A stretch of DNA of 64,000 nucleotides from Flavobacteriales bacterium UBA852 (GTDB taxonomy: Bacteria > Bacteroidota > Bacteroidia > Flavobacteriales_E > Vicingaceae): contig DBGO01000010.1 of the NCBI GenBank assembly GCA_002295925.1, positions 161,706 through 225,705 on the forward strand. The letters are read 5' to 3'. Position 1 is the stretch's first letter. Each line of letters starts with the position of its first letter. This document shows, one piece after another, positions 1 through 9,970 of this stretch. Under the pieces are notes generated by a model, which was not told where the DNA came from, ran no database searches, and was given only the letters and a program-made list of their open reading frames with translations. Made by a program: the position numbers and the translations under genes.

Positions 1-1
1 G

Positions 2-439
2 GTGCTTGCCGTAGAAGCCGGTCACAGAAATGACAAAAAAGGGGTGACAACTTGGTTGGCACTTACTATCGTAGGTGGTTTTATATTCTTAGGTTCGCAA
101 GCGTGGGAGTGGTATCACTTTATTCACGGAACTGCCGAAGGTGTTGTAAAACCAATTATTGAAAACGGTAAAGAAGTTGTAAAACACGTGCACGGAGCCA
201 ATTTACTACACAACGAATACGGCCATCCACTTTTTGCCGATTTCTTTTTCTTTATTACCGGATTTCACGGAACTCACGTATTGAGTGGTGTTATCATTAA
301 CATTGTTATTTTTGTAAACGTATTGATGGGAACGTACGAAAAACGCGGACATTATGAAATGGTAGAAAAAGTGGGATTATACTGGCACTTTGTAGATTTA
401 GTTTGGGTATTTGTATTTACATTCTTCTATCTAATATAA
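2..439 (+). CDS. cytochrome c oxidase subunit III, C-terminal part (5' end lies outside the window)
   Basis: ORF open to the window edge; polytopic membrane protein with GFHGTHVLSGV and LYWHFVDLVWVFVF motifs typical of heme-copper oxidase subunit III. Confidence 0.85.
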   Translation: MLAVEAGHRNDKKGVTTWLALTIVGGFIFLGSQAWEWYHFIHGTAEGVVKPIIENGKEVVKHVHGANLLHNEYGHPLFADFFFFITGFHGTHVLSGVIINIVIFVNVLMGTYEKRGHYEMVEKVGLYWHFVDLVWVFVFTFFYLI

Positions 440-478
440 TTTGAAAATTTTAATGTTTAACTGTTAAAACATTTTATT

Positions 479-853
479 ATGAGCGATCACGATACACATG
501 AATATTTAGATTTTGCCGCAATTTCTCATCACAGTGAAGAAGAAGGTAAAAAAATAAGAAAAGTTATTTGGAATATCTTTTGGGTATTATTAGGTATTAC
601 AACTGTAGAAGTTGTATTGGGAATTTTTTATAAAGATTGGGGATTGTCATGGCATTTGGTAAAAATGACTTTTATCGGCTTAACCATTGCCAAAGCTTAC
701 TATATTGTAGCTTACTACATGCACATGAAAGACGAGTGGAAGAATTTTAGAATGGCTATTTTGGTTCCTTATGTTTTGTTTGCTTTGTACTTAATTTATA
801 TGGTTCTTACAGAAGCCATTTACCAACATGAATTTCAAAAATTATTCTTTTAA
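479..853 (+). CDS. cytochrome c oxidase subunit IV-like small membrane protein (caa3-type)
   Basis: 124 aa with about three hydrophobic helices, directly downstream of subunit III as in bacterial caa3 operons; call rests on size, topology and position. Confidence 0.6.
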   Translation: MSDHDTHEYLDFAAISHHSEEEGKKIRKVIWNIFWVLLGITTVEVVLGIFYKDWGLSWHLVKMTFIGLTIAKAYYIVAYYMHMKDEWKNFRMAILVPYVLFALYLIYMVLTEAIYQHEFQKLFF

Positions 854-856
854 CGA

Positions 857-1540
857 ATGAAGAACATTCCATTATATGTAAAAATCCTGGTGCTATCATT
901 AATTTTGATAGCACCAGCTGTTTTTATGCTTTACTTATACAGCGGAAATCCAAATTATAAACGTTTACCTATTCTTGGTCCGCGAGAATCCGTAACATTA
1001 CCCGACGGCACAGTTGATACTTTATACCACACTATACCTGCATTTTCTTTTATCGATCAAGATTCAAACATTGTTACCAACAAAGATTTGGAAGGACATA
1101 TTTATGTTGCCGATTTTTTCTTTGTAACTTGTCCGAGTATATGCCCGAAAATGACGACAAACATGAATCAAATTTATCGCCGGATAGATGATTTTCCCGG
1201 GTTAATTTTACTTTCTCATACCGTTAATCCCGAGCATGATTCAGTTCCTGTACTAAAAGAATATGCCGAAAAACTTGATGTAGATTCAAAAAAATGGCAT
1301 TTTGTTACCGGTGAAAAAGACAGTATTTACAGCGTTGCCTTCAACGGTTACTTTGTAAGTGTTGGCAGAGACAGTATTGCGCCCGGTGGATTTTTGCATT
1401 CGGCTTATTTCATTTTGGTTGACCCAAAGGGAAGAATCAGAGGGTATTACGACGGAACCAAATATGCCGAAGTAAAAAAACTGATGGATGCCATAAAAAT
1501 TCTTTACAAAGAAGAATTTGTTCCTTTAAAAGAAAAGTAA
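857..1540 (+). CDS. SCO1/SenC family copper chaperone
   Basis: N-terminal membrane anchor, CPSICP (CxxxC) copper-binding motif in a thioredoxin-like fold; starts 4 nt after the oxidase gene. Confidence 0.85.
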   Translation: MKNIPLYVKILVLSLILIAPAVFMLYLYSGNPNYKRLPILGPRESVTLPDGTVDTLYHTIPAFSFIDQDSNIVTNKDLEGHIYVADFFFVTCPSICPKMTTNMNQIYRRIDDFPGLILLSHTVNPEHDSVPVLKEYAEKLDVDSKKWHFVTGEKDSIYSVAFNGYFVSVGRDSIAPGGFLHSAYFILVDPKGRIRGYYDGTKYAEVKKLMDAIKILYKEEFVPLKEK

Positions 1541-1632
1541 ACCGCATTTTTTCATTCATCTTATTATTATCCGGTAATATTCGCTTAACTTTATTCAATT
1601 GATTTTTAAGTTAAGAATTTCTTACCGTAATT

Positions 1633-3465
1633 GTGAAGCATTTAGAGGACAGAAAATACATCATTGGCGCTATTTTCGTGGTATTTGCGTTAATATTTAT
1701 TATTCGCTTGTTTTATATTCAAATATTAAGCGATGAATACGCCATTTTCTCTGAGGATAATGTGGTAAGAGAAGAAACTGTTTATCCGCCGCGAGGTTTA
1801 ATTTACGACCGCAAAAATAAATTACTTGTATATAATGAGGCTTCTTATGATTTGATGGTTGTTCCCAAGCAGGTAAAAAGTATTGACACCAACGCATTTT
1901 GTGCATTACTGGATATTACAAAAGATGATTTTATAGAACGAATGAATAAAGCCAAAGAGTATTCGTTTTATAAACCCTCCATATTTGAAAAAGAAATCAG
2001 CGCCATAGAGTTTGCCTCAATTCAAGAAAAATTATTTGCCTACGATGGCTTTTTTATCCAAACAAGAACCCTGAGAAAGTATTCTGACAGCATTGCGGCT
2101 CACGTTTTAGGTTACATTGGAGAAGTTACTCCGAAAACATTGGAGAAAGACAGTTTTTATACAATGGGCGACTATATTGGCAAAAGCGGATTGGAATTGC
2201 AATACGAAAAACTGTTGAGAGGAAAAAAAGGAAAAAGATACGTGCTGGTAGATGTGCATAACCGCATTAAAGGAAAATATAAAAACGGTGAAAAAGATAT
2301 TTCTCCGCAAGCCGGAAAAAATTTACAAATTACCCTTGATGCCGATTTACAAAAATATGCCGAAAAATTAATGCGCAAAAAATTAGGCAGTGTAGTAGCC
2401 ATTGAACCAAAAACCGGTGAAATACTGACAATGGTTTCCTCTCCGGGTTACAACCCCAACTTATTGATTGGTAGAGCCATTAAGAAAAATTACCCAAAAT
2501 TGGCAAAAGACAGTTTGCACCCACTATTCAACAGGGCTATAATGTCTTTGTATCCACCGGGTTCGATATTTAAATTGGTGCAATCGGCAATTGCTTTACA
2601 AGAGGGTGTAATTACTCCAAACACAGGTTTTGCCTGCAATAAAAGTTTGGTCGGATGTCATAATCACCCGTATGCCCGAAATGTGCGTGAAGCCGTAAAA
2701 ATGTCTTGCAACCCCTATTATTATCAAGTATTTAAACGCTTGATTCAGCGCGGTGAAAATAAAAATATTTTTATCGACAGCCGGATAGGATTGGCAAAAT
2801 GGCACGATGCCGTATTGAAATTTGGACTGGGACACAAATTAGGCATTGATATCCCGGGAGAGAAAAGCGGTTTTATCCCCGATGTAGCTTTTTACGACCG
2901 GTGGTACGGCGAAAAACGATGGGCGTTCAGCACAATTTATTCATTAAGTATTGGACAGGGAGAGATTGGTGTAGTGCCTGTTCAAATGGCTAATTTGGCT
3001 GTAATAATGGCAAACAGAGGGTATTATTACACTCCGCATTTTATCAAACAAATTGAACAATTGGACACTATTCCTCAAAAATATACTTTTAAGCATTCTA
3101 CCGGTGTAGATGCACAAAATTTTGAGTACATTATAGAAGGGATGGAAGCGGTTGTAAATGAAGCCGGCGGAACAGCCCGAAGAGCAAAAATTGACAGTAT
3201 AACGGTTTGCGGAAAAACGGGTACAGCCCAAAATCCTCACGGCGAAGACCATTCGGTATTTATTGCTTTTGCGCCGAAAGAAAATCCTCAAATTGCCGTT
3301 GCCGTTTTTGTAGAAAACTCAGGATTTGGAGGAACTTGGGCGGCTCCCATTGCCAGTTTGATTATTGAAAAATATTTGACCGGAAAAATCAGCAACCCAC
3401 AAAAAGAAAAACGAATTTTAGAAGCCGACTTAATACCTAAAAGCGAACATGCGCAACGAAAATAA
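1633..3465 (+). CDS. mrdA: penicillin-binding protein 2 (elongasome transpeptidase)
   Basis: N-terminal TM anchor; transpeptidase motifs SIFK (SxxK), SCN (SxN), KTGT; GTG start; overlaps the RodA gene by 17 nt. Confidence 0.9.
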   Translation: MKHLEDRKYIIGAIFVVFALIFIIRLFYIQILSDEYAIFSEDNVVREETVYPPRGLIYDRKNKLLVYNEASYDLMVVPKQVKSIDTNAFCALLDITKDDFIERMNKAKEYSFYKPSIFEKEISAIEFASIQEKLFAYDGFFIQTRTLRKYSDSIAAHVLGYIGEVTPKTLEKDSFYTMGDYIGKSGLELQYEKLLRGKKGKRYVLVDVHNRIKGKYKNGEKDISPQAGKNLQITLDADLQKYAEKLMRKKLGSVVAIEPKTGEILTMVSSPGYNPNLLIGRAIKKNYPKLAKDSLHPLFNRAIMSLYPPGSIFKLVQSAIALQEGVITPNTGFACNKSLVGCHNHPYARNVREAVKMSCNPYYYQVFKRLIQRGENKNIFIDSRIGLAKWHDAVLKFGLGHKLGIDIPGEKSGFIPDVAFYDRWYGEKRWAFSTIYSLSIGQGEIGVVPVQMANLAVIMANRGYYYTPHFIKQIEQLDTIPQKYTFKHSTGVDAQNFEYIIEGMEAVVNEAGGTARRAKIDSITVCGKTGTAQNPHGEDHSVFIAFAPKENPQIAVAVFVENSGFGGTWAAPIASLIIEKYLTGKISNPQKEKRILEADLIPKSEHAQRK

Positions 3466-4984
3466 CATATGGTATAACATTGATTGGACAACAATTATTT
3501 TGTATCTATTATTGATGCTTATTGGTTGGATAAATATCTACGCCGCCGTATATGACGAAAGCCATCAAAGTATTTTTGATTTTACGCAACGCTATGGAAA
3601 ACAATTAATTTGGATAGTTTCTGCCTTGTTTTTAGCCACCGTCATATTGCTTATCGACAGTAGTTTTTATACCACATTTGCTTATGTTATCTATGGTATT
3701 GTGATACTTATGCTTATTGGCGTATTGTTTACGGCAAGTGAGGTTAAAGGTGCAAAATCATGGTTTTCCATTGGCGGCTTTGCTTTGCAGCCTTCAGAGT
3801 TTTCAAAGTTTGCTACAGCTTTGGCTTTGGCTAAATATTTGGGCAACCGCTCTTCGCAACGAATGATTACATTTAAAGACCAAGTTATTTCGGCAGCGAT
3901 TATTGCTTTACCTGCGTTATTTATTTTATTACAAAACGATACCGGTTCTACCCTTGTGTACACGGCTTTTATTTTGGTGCTTTATCGCGAAGGAATTTCA
4001 GGTAACATCCTGTTGTTGGGATTTTTAACTGTCATTGTTTTTATTGTTACATTGCTTTTCGGACCTTTCTCCATTGGTGTGATGACTGTTTTTTTGGCTA
4101 TTGCATTTGTTACCTTAACCTATCATGGGTTGAAAGAATTTTTCATTGCCGAATCGGCAGCCGGTGTTTTATTGTGGATAGCAAGTTATTTTAATTTACC
4201 CCAGAAGTATTTATTTTTCACAGCACTGGCTTTGGTAATGATTTATTTCTTTGTTCATCTTTTTAACAATAAACTGAATTACCGCAAAGAAAAGCGTTGG
4301 GTTGCTTTTATAGTGATGACCGTGCTGCTGTTTATTACCAGTATAGACTATGTTTTTTACAATGTTTTGAAAGACCATCAGCGCACGCGAATTTCGGTAT
4401 TATTGGGTGAGGAAGATAAAATTAAATCGCAAATTAAGGATTTGCAAATGCGCTTGGATACCCTGCCCACAACCGATGCCAATTACACTTATTACAAACA
4501 AACGCTTGCTGAACAAAAGCAAAGTTTGAAGGATTTACAAAAAGGCGCATTGTGGAACGTAAAACAATCGTTGATAGCTATAGGTTCGGGTGGTTTTTCG
4601 GGCAAAGGATTTTTAAAGGGAACACAAACCAAATTTAACTTTGTACCCGAACAAAGCACCGATTTTATTTTTTGTACCGTAGGCGAAGAATGGGGATTTA
4701 TTGGTACTTTTATCGTGATAATTCTATATGTTATGTTGTTTTTGCGCTTGATATTTTTAGCCGAAAGACAACGCTCAACTTTTAGCCGGATATACGGTTA
4801 CAGCGTAGCTTCCATCTTATTTTTTCATTTTTTCATTAACATTGGTATGACCATTGGCTTAGCGCCGGTTATTGGTATTCCGCTGCCGTTTATCAGTTAC
4901 GGTGGTTCGTCGTTGTGGGCTTTTACCATTCTGCTCTTTATTTTTATAAAACTCGACTCGGAACGGTTGTTTGTTTTGCGTTAG
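3449..4984 (+). CDS. rodA: SEDS-family peptidoglycan polymerase RodA
   Basis: Polytopic; QSLIAIGSGGFSGKGFLKGTQTKFNFVPEQSTDFIF and PLPFISYGGSS SEDS motifs; coupled to mrdA; 511 aa, longer than I expect for RodA. Confidence 0.9.
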   Translation: MRNENNIWYNIDWTTIILYLLLMLIGWINIYAAVYDESHQSIFDFTQRYGKQLIWIVSALFLATVILLIDSSFYTTFAYVIYGIVILMLIGVLFTASEVKGAKSWFSIGGFALQPSEFSKFATALALAKYLGNRSSQRMITFKDQVISAAIIALPALFILLQNDTGSTLVYTAFILVLYREGISGNILLLGFLTVIVFIVTLLFGPFSIGVMTVFLAIAFVTLTYHGLKEFFIAESAAGVLLWIASYFNLPQKYLFFTALALVMIYFFVHLFNNKLNYRKEKRWVAFIVMTVLLFITSIDYVFYNVLKDHQRTRISVLLGEEDKIKSQIKDLQMRLDTLPTTDANYTYYKQTLAEQKQSLKDLQKGALWNVKQSLIAIGSGGFSGKGFLKGTQTKFNFVPEQSTDFIFCTVGEEWGFIGTFIVIILYVMLFLRLIFLAERQRSTFSRIYGYSVASILFFHFFINIGMTIGLAPVIGIPLPFISYGGSSLWAFTILLFIFIKLDSERLFVLR

Positions 4985-5114
4985 AATTTTTCTATATTTG
5001 TTACAAGTTTTCGTTTACTTATTAATAAATACTAAAAAGTTGGGAAGTTTCAATTGTGTAACTATCTTTCTATCAATTAATAATTCATTATTTTAAAAAT
5101 TAGGGAGTTGAAAA

Positions 5115-5660
5115 ATGAGAAATTTTGCAACAATTTTACTATTAACATTTTCTTGCATTATAAACTCTCAAGCGCAAGAATCAACTAATTTTAAACATAA
5201 TAGCATATATGGAGAGCTCTTAGGCAGAAGCAAAATTACTTCAATAAATTTTGAACATCAGTTTTCAAAACATTTTGGATATCAAACCGGTGTTGGTTAT
5301 GCGAGTTTTTATATTGACGATTTGATTAACGCATCAATTGGAATGACATATTTTACAGGTCATAAACATCAATTAGTAGCTACAATATTTGGCGTTATAA
5401 ATTACAATTTAGAGCCCTACCCTAAAACAAAAAAAGAAAGAGAGGAGCAAATTAGGAATTATCCTTTTGAATATGGTATTCCTGCATTAGGTAACTTTGG
5501 ATTATATTATTTTGGGATAACTGCAGGATACAGACTTAATATGAAGAGAATATTTATTCAATTAAGCCCATTTTGTTCTTTTTATTATCATTCTAATTAT
5601 CAATTAATATATTCCAAAAGAATATTTGTCAGTTTATCTATAGGATATAAAATAAAATGA
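5115..5660 (+). CDS. hypothetical secreted protein, possibly small outer-membrane beta-barrel
   Basis: Signal peptide (…CIINSQAQE), Gly/aromatic-rich alternating segments; no family recognised. Confidence 0.45.
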   Translation: MRNFATILLLTFSCIINSQAQESTNFKHNSIYGELLGRSKITSINFEHQFSKHFGYQTGVGYASFYIDDLINASIGMTYFTGHKHQLVATIFGVINYNLEPYPKTKKEREEQIRNYPFEYGIPALGNFGLYYFGITAGYRLNMKRIFIQLSPFCSFYYHSNYQLIYSKRIFVSLSIGYKIK

Positions 5661-5775
5661 AAAGAATTGTTTTTCTGTTTATTTTATCCAAAATTGCGAT
5701 ATAAAAAATAGAATTTGTGAAAATATTAAACAGTCCACTTGGTATTACTGTCACAGAAAAAGAATAGATTGATAA

Positions 5776-7947
5776 TTAAAAATCCTGAATCAACTCAAAG
5801 TCAATTTGTTTGCGGTCTAAATCTACATTTTTCACTCGTACGGTAACTTCATCGCCCATTTGGTAAGTGTAACCGTATTTTCTTCCCACTACGCGGTAAT
5901 TTTCTTCATCCAAATAATAATAATCATCATTTAAATCGCGTAATCTTACCATTCCTTCGCAATAATTATCCACCAACTCTACATACATTCCCCACTCACT
6001 TACGCCGGAAATTACCCCTTTATACACTTCGCCTATTTTATCTTGTAAAAACTGTACTTGTTTAAACTTAATGGATGCTCGCTCGGCTTGTGTAGCGTTT
6101 ATTTCCATTTTGGTGCAATGCTTACATTTTTCTTCGTAAGGCGGTTGCGGCACAGAGCGTCCGCCTTCTAAATAATGTTGCAAGAGTCTGTGCACCATAA
6201 CATCGGGGTAGCGTCGAATGGGCGAAGTAAAATGCGTGTAATATTCAAATCCGAGTCCGTAATGACCAATATTATTGGTGCTGTATTCAGCTTTTGCCAT
6301 TGTACGGATTGCCAATTGTTCAATCAAGTCTTCTTCGGGGGTGTTTTGTACTTTTTCAATCACTCTATTCAACGATTGAGCAATGGCTTTTTCATCTTTC
6401 AAATTTAGCGACAGACCGAATTTATGTACAAAATTGTTAAAGGTTATCAGTTTTTGAGGGTCGGGGGTGTCGTGAATGCGGTAAACAAAAGTATATTTTT
6501 GTTTATTTTTTTGTTCCAAATGCTTTTTACCGACAAATTCGGCTACTTTTCGGTTTGCCAAAAGCATAAATTCCTCAATGAGTTTATTGGCATCTTTGGA
6601 TGTTTTTATATAAACGCCTATGGGATTTCCTTTTTCATCCAGATTAAAACGTACTTCTGCTCGGTCAAAATCTATTGAGCCGTGTTTAAACCGTTCTTTC
6701 CTGAGTTTTTTTGCCAACTTGTCGAGCAATAAAATTTCTTCTTTAAAATCACCGTCTTTGCCTTCAATTATTTCTTGGGCTTCTTCGTATGTAAATCTTC
6801 TGTCGGAATGTGTTACGGTACGACCAAACCATTGATTAATGACCTTGGCTTGCTTATCCATTTCAAAAACAGCCGAATAAGTCAGTTTATCTTCGTTTGG
6901 ACGTAAAGAACAAGCAAAATTGCTCAGTACTTCGGGCAACATAGGAACAACCCTATCTGCTAAGTAAACAGATGTGGCGCGTTTAAAGGCTTCTTTATCG
7001 ATATTGGAACCTTCTTTTACATAATGCGATACGTCGGCAATGTGGATGCCTATTTCGATATTTCCGTTGGGCAATGTTCTAACCGAAAGAGCATCGTCAA
7101 AATCTTTGGCGTCTATGGGGTCAATGGTAAATGTTGTAATGTCGCGCATATCTCTGCGGCGCTTAATTTCTTCTTCGGAAATTTCTACATTAAGTTCTTC
7201 GGCTTCTTTTAAAATTTTGTCCGGAAAGCGATAAGGCAATCCGTATTCTATCAATATGGCATGCGCTTCGGTATCGTTATCGCCTGGTTTTCCTAAAACT
7301 TCTATCACTTCGCCAAAGGGACTTGTGGCATCTTTTGGCCAATCAATTATTCTGACAATGGCTTTATCGCCATCTTTGGCGCCATTCAATTTTTCTTTTG
7401 GAATAAATATATCTACCGGCATTTTTTGGTCGTCGGGAACCAAAAAGGCAAAATGTGCCGATTTTTCAATTACTCCCACAAACTCGTTTTTGTTTCTTTC
7501 AAGAATTTCAACTACTTCGCCTTCGGGCTTGCTGTTTGGGCGACGTGCATATAAATACACTTTTACTTTATCGCCGTTTAATGCATGGTTTAAATTTTTG
7601 GGCGAAATAAATACATCATCATCTATATCGGGCGAAATAATATAAGCCGACCCGCGGGCAGTCATATCAACAATTCCCTCTATATAAGGTCTGTCGGCTT
7701 TTATTTTAAATTTTCCGCGAGGTGATTCGTGCAAAATACCCTCATGTGCCAATTCCAGAAGGATGGTTAGTACTAATTTACGTTTTTGCGAATCTTTAAT
7801 CCCCAACAGGGTACTGATTTGTTTGTAATTGTATGATTTATCGTGATTTTTATTGAATACCTCGATAATTTTCTTTGTTAAACTCTTTTTTACGTTTTTT
7901 GTATTGCGTTTAAATTTTGGCGGTTTGTTTTTCTTTGATTTTGCCAT
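5776..7947 (-). CDS. rnr: ribonuclease R
   Basis: RNB catalytic region (FTIDPIDAKDFDDALS, HIADVSHYV), C-terminal S1 domain (GVISGVSEWGMYVEL), Lys-rich N-terminal tail. Confidence 0.9.
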   Translation of the reverse strand: MAKSKKNKPPKFKRNTKNVKKSLTKKIIEVFNKNHDKSYNYKQISTLLGIKDSQKRKLVLTILLELAHEGILHESPRGKFKIKADRPYIEGIVDMTARGSAYIISPDIDDDVFISPKNLNHALNGDKVKVYLYARRPNSKPEGEVVEILERNKNEFVGVIEKSAHFAFLVPDDQKMPVDIFIPKEKLNGAKDGDKAIVRIIDWPKDATSPFGEVIEVLGKPGDNDTEAHAILIEYGLPYRFPDKILKEAEELNVEISEEEIKRRRDMRDITTFTIDPIDAKDFDDALSVRTLPNGNIEIGIHIADVSHYVKEGSNIDKEAFKRATSVYLADRVVPMLPEVLSNFACSLRPNEDKLTYSAVFEMDKQAKVINQWFGRTVTHSDRRFTYEEAQEIIEGKDGDFKEEILLLDKLAKKLRKERFKHGSIDFDRAEVRFNLDEKGNPIGVYIKTSKDANKLIEEFMLLANRKVAEFVGKKHLEQKNKQKYTFVYRIHDTPDPQKLITFNNFVHKFGLSLNLKDEKAIAQSLNRVIEKVQNTPEEDLIEQLAIRTMAKAEYSTNNIGHYGLGFEYYTHFTSPIRRYPDVMVHRLLQHYLEGGRSVPQPPYEEKCKHCTKMEINATQAERASIKFKQVQFLQDKIGEVYKGVISGVSEWGMYVELVDNYCEGMVRLRDLNDDYYYLDEENYRVVGRKYGYTYQMGDEVTVRVKNVDLDRKQIDFELIQDF

Positions 7948-7974
7948 TTTGCATGGTGTTAGTAATCAATATGC

Positions 7975-8898
7975 TTACTGTTTTTGTTTGGTTAAATAAA
8001 TTTTGGTTCCGGGCTGTGGCTCGGTACCAATAAACATGTGATTGTATTTGTATAATTTTTTTAGTTTTACTCCGTAAAGTTGTGAAATATCGTGCATAGT
8101 TTCACCTTTTTTCACAATATGTACTTTTTCGGGGGCTTTGTTTCTTTTTGGTTGCAGATAAATAATATCTCCGGGTTTTAAGGGGTCATTTTCATTTAAG
8201 TCATTATATTTATAAATTTGCCAAAGCGATAATTCAAAATCTTTTGCTATTTTAAAGTAAGTATCGCCCGGTTTTACAATTATGTACTTAATGCGATTAT
8301 GCATTTTAACCAAACGATTTTCTCGTTTTTGAACAGCCACATCTTTGGCGTGATGGTCTTTGGCTAAATTTCGAGGAGGTACTTTCGATAATTTATCGTA
8401 ACGGTAAAGTTCGTATTTTTCGATGATATAAATAAGTAAATCGGCATATTTCGGGTTGGTGGCGTATCCGGCTTTTTTCAAACCCTTTGCCCACGCCTTG
8501 TAATCGGTGGTTTTATAATCAAATAAAAAAGCATAGCGCTTTCTGTTTGCCAAAAATTCGCTATGGTCGTAAAAGCTCTCATACACCGATTTATACTTTC
8601 TGAAACACTCGTTTTTTTCATCATCATCCATTATAAATGTTTCGCCATCCCACGTGGTATGACATTTTATTCCAAAATGATTATTAGCATATTGTGCTAA
8701 AGGGCTGTTTCCGTTCCCAGACTCCAATATTGCTTGCGCAAGCGTAATACTTGCCGGTATGCCGGTTCGTAACATCTCTTTTATAGCCAAGTCTTTATAG
8801 GTTTCTATATATTCTTGACGTGTCATTTTACGACCTGCCGGCTGGGCATTTGCCCAAACAAAAGAAAGTACCGTTATTATAAAAATCAGTTTACGCAT
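7975..8898 (-). CDS. peptidoglycan hydrolase: GH73 N-acetylglucosaminidase domain plus two LysM repeats
   Basis: Signal peptide; LAQAILESGNGNSPLAQYANNHFGIK GH73 motif; LysM-like YIIVKPGDTYFKIAKDF… and HIVKKGETMHDISQLYG…. Confidence 0.85.
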   Translation of the reverse strand: MRKLIFIITVLSFVWANAQPAGRKMTRQEYIETYKDLAIKEMLRTGIPASITLAQAILESGNGNSPLAQYANNHFGIKCHTTWDGETFIMDDDEKNECFRKYKSVYESFYDHSEFLANRKRYAFLFDYKTTDYKAWAKGLKKAGYATNPKYADLLIYIIEKYELYRYDKLSKVPPRNLAKDHHAKDVAVQKRENRLVKMHNRIKYIIVKPGDTYFKIAKDFELSLWQIYKYNDLNENDPLKPGDIIYLQPKRNKAPEKVHIVKKGETMHDISQLYGVKLKKLYKYNHMFIGTEPQPGTKIYLTKQKQ

Positions 8899-8977
8899 AA
8901 ATACAAGTTACACATTTTACTCAAAATTAACAAGTATCCGGGTTACATTGCAACACAACTTGCCATGTTTTTAACAA

Positions 8978-9901
8978 TCAACATTTCAAATCAATTTGTT
9001 TTTGAACTTTCAGCCCCTCGTTGCCTTGCAAACCACCGGTATGAACAAACAATATTTTATCGGATGGCGAAAAATATTTTTTATCAATCAAATCAAACAA
9101 ACCGCAAAGGGCTTTTGTTGTGTATATCAAATCTAACGGAATATTTGTTTTTTCGAAAAAATTATTGGCAAAGGCAATTAAATCATTATTTATTTTGGCA
9201 TATCCGCCAAAGTGATAATTGTAGTAAAATTGAATGGAATTATCCAAATCAACATCGGTTAATTGTTTTATCTCATCGGGCATCCAATTTGCACCTTTTA
9301 ATACCGGTATAGAAATTAGTTTTTGATTTTTTTGCTTCGCAAGATACAACCCTGCAGTTGTTCCTCCGGTACCGGATGCCAACACGATATAATCAAAACC
9401 GACAGTATCGTCAGAGAGCATTTCTTGCACGCCTTTTAATGCCAATTGATTACTTCCTCCTTCGGGCACAAGGTGAAATGCTCCAAATTTACTTTTTAGA
9501 GTTGTCAATACTTCTTCCGCATACTTGTTTCTGTATGCCGTACGCGATAAGTAAAACAATTCCATTCCTTGATTCTTTGCTTTTTGCAAAGTTGAATTGA
9601 GAGGCAAATGCTCCTCTCCTCTTATTACGCCTATGGTTTTTACACCATATTTTTCACCTGCTGCCGCTGTTGCTGCAATATGATTGGAAAATGCTCCTCC
9701 AAAAGTAAGAATGGGCAAATTTTTCTTTTTCGCCTCTGTTAAGTTGTATTTTAATTTATACCATTTGTTACCCGAAATTTGCTCGTCTGTTACATCTGTC
9801 CTTAATATAGAAAGTTGAGGCAATTTTTCATCATATTCTTCAAAAAACAACCTTAAATCTATGGTTTGAACAGGTATTTTGGGATTGTGTAAATTCATCA
9901 A
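8978..9901 (-). CDS. PLP-dependent enzyme of the ACC deaminase / D-cysteine desulfhydrase family
   Basis: Trp-synthase-beta-like fold signatures: GNKWYKLKYNL (PLP lysine), GGAFSNH, SGTGGT, HTGG. Confidence 0.8.
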   Translation of the reverse strand: MMNLHNPKIPVQTIDLRLFFEEYDEKLPQLSILRTDVTDEQISGNKWYKLKYNLTEAKKKNLPILTFGGAFSNHIAATAAAGEKYGVKTIGVIRGEEHLPLNSTLQKAKNQGMELFYLSRTAYRNKYAEEVLTTLKSKFGAFHLVPEGGSNQLALKGVQEMLSDDTVGFDYIVLASGTGGTTAGLYLAKQKNQKLISIPVLKGANWMPDEIKQLTDVDLDNSIQFYYNYHFGGYAKINNDLIAFANNFFEKTNIPLDLIYTTKALCGLFDLIDKKYFSPSDKILFVHTGGLQGNEGLKVQKQIDLKC

Positions 9902-9945
9902 TCAAACTTACCAAAAAAACATAGTAAAATACATAGCGGATTGCC

Positions 9946-9953
9946 TACCTTTG
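9946..9953 (+). promoter_or_regulatory. candidate Bacteroidota sigma-A -7 box (TAccTTTG)
   Basis: Exact TAnnTTTG match 17 nt upstream of the ATG at 9971. Confidence 0.45.
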
Positions 9954-9970
9954 TTCGAAATTTATATTCT

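Noticed and set aside
8815-9312. 165-aa plus-strand ORF spanning the end of the GH73/LysM gene and the ACC-deaminase-like gene
   Set aside because: It is antisense to two well-supported genes, has no recognisable motifs and has atypical composition.
9941-9970. N-terminal extensions proposed by the ORF track here and at 32992-33036, 46434-46481 and 31658-31723
   Set aside because: Three of the four start at TTG (31658 is an ATG). They contain the predicted -7 box (9946, 46439) or a terminator hairpin (32991-33001), or add non-conserved residues ahead of a canonical N-terminus. The internal ATG codons were preferred.
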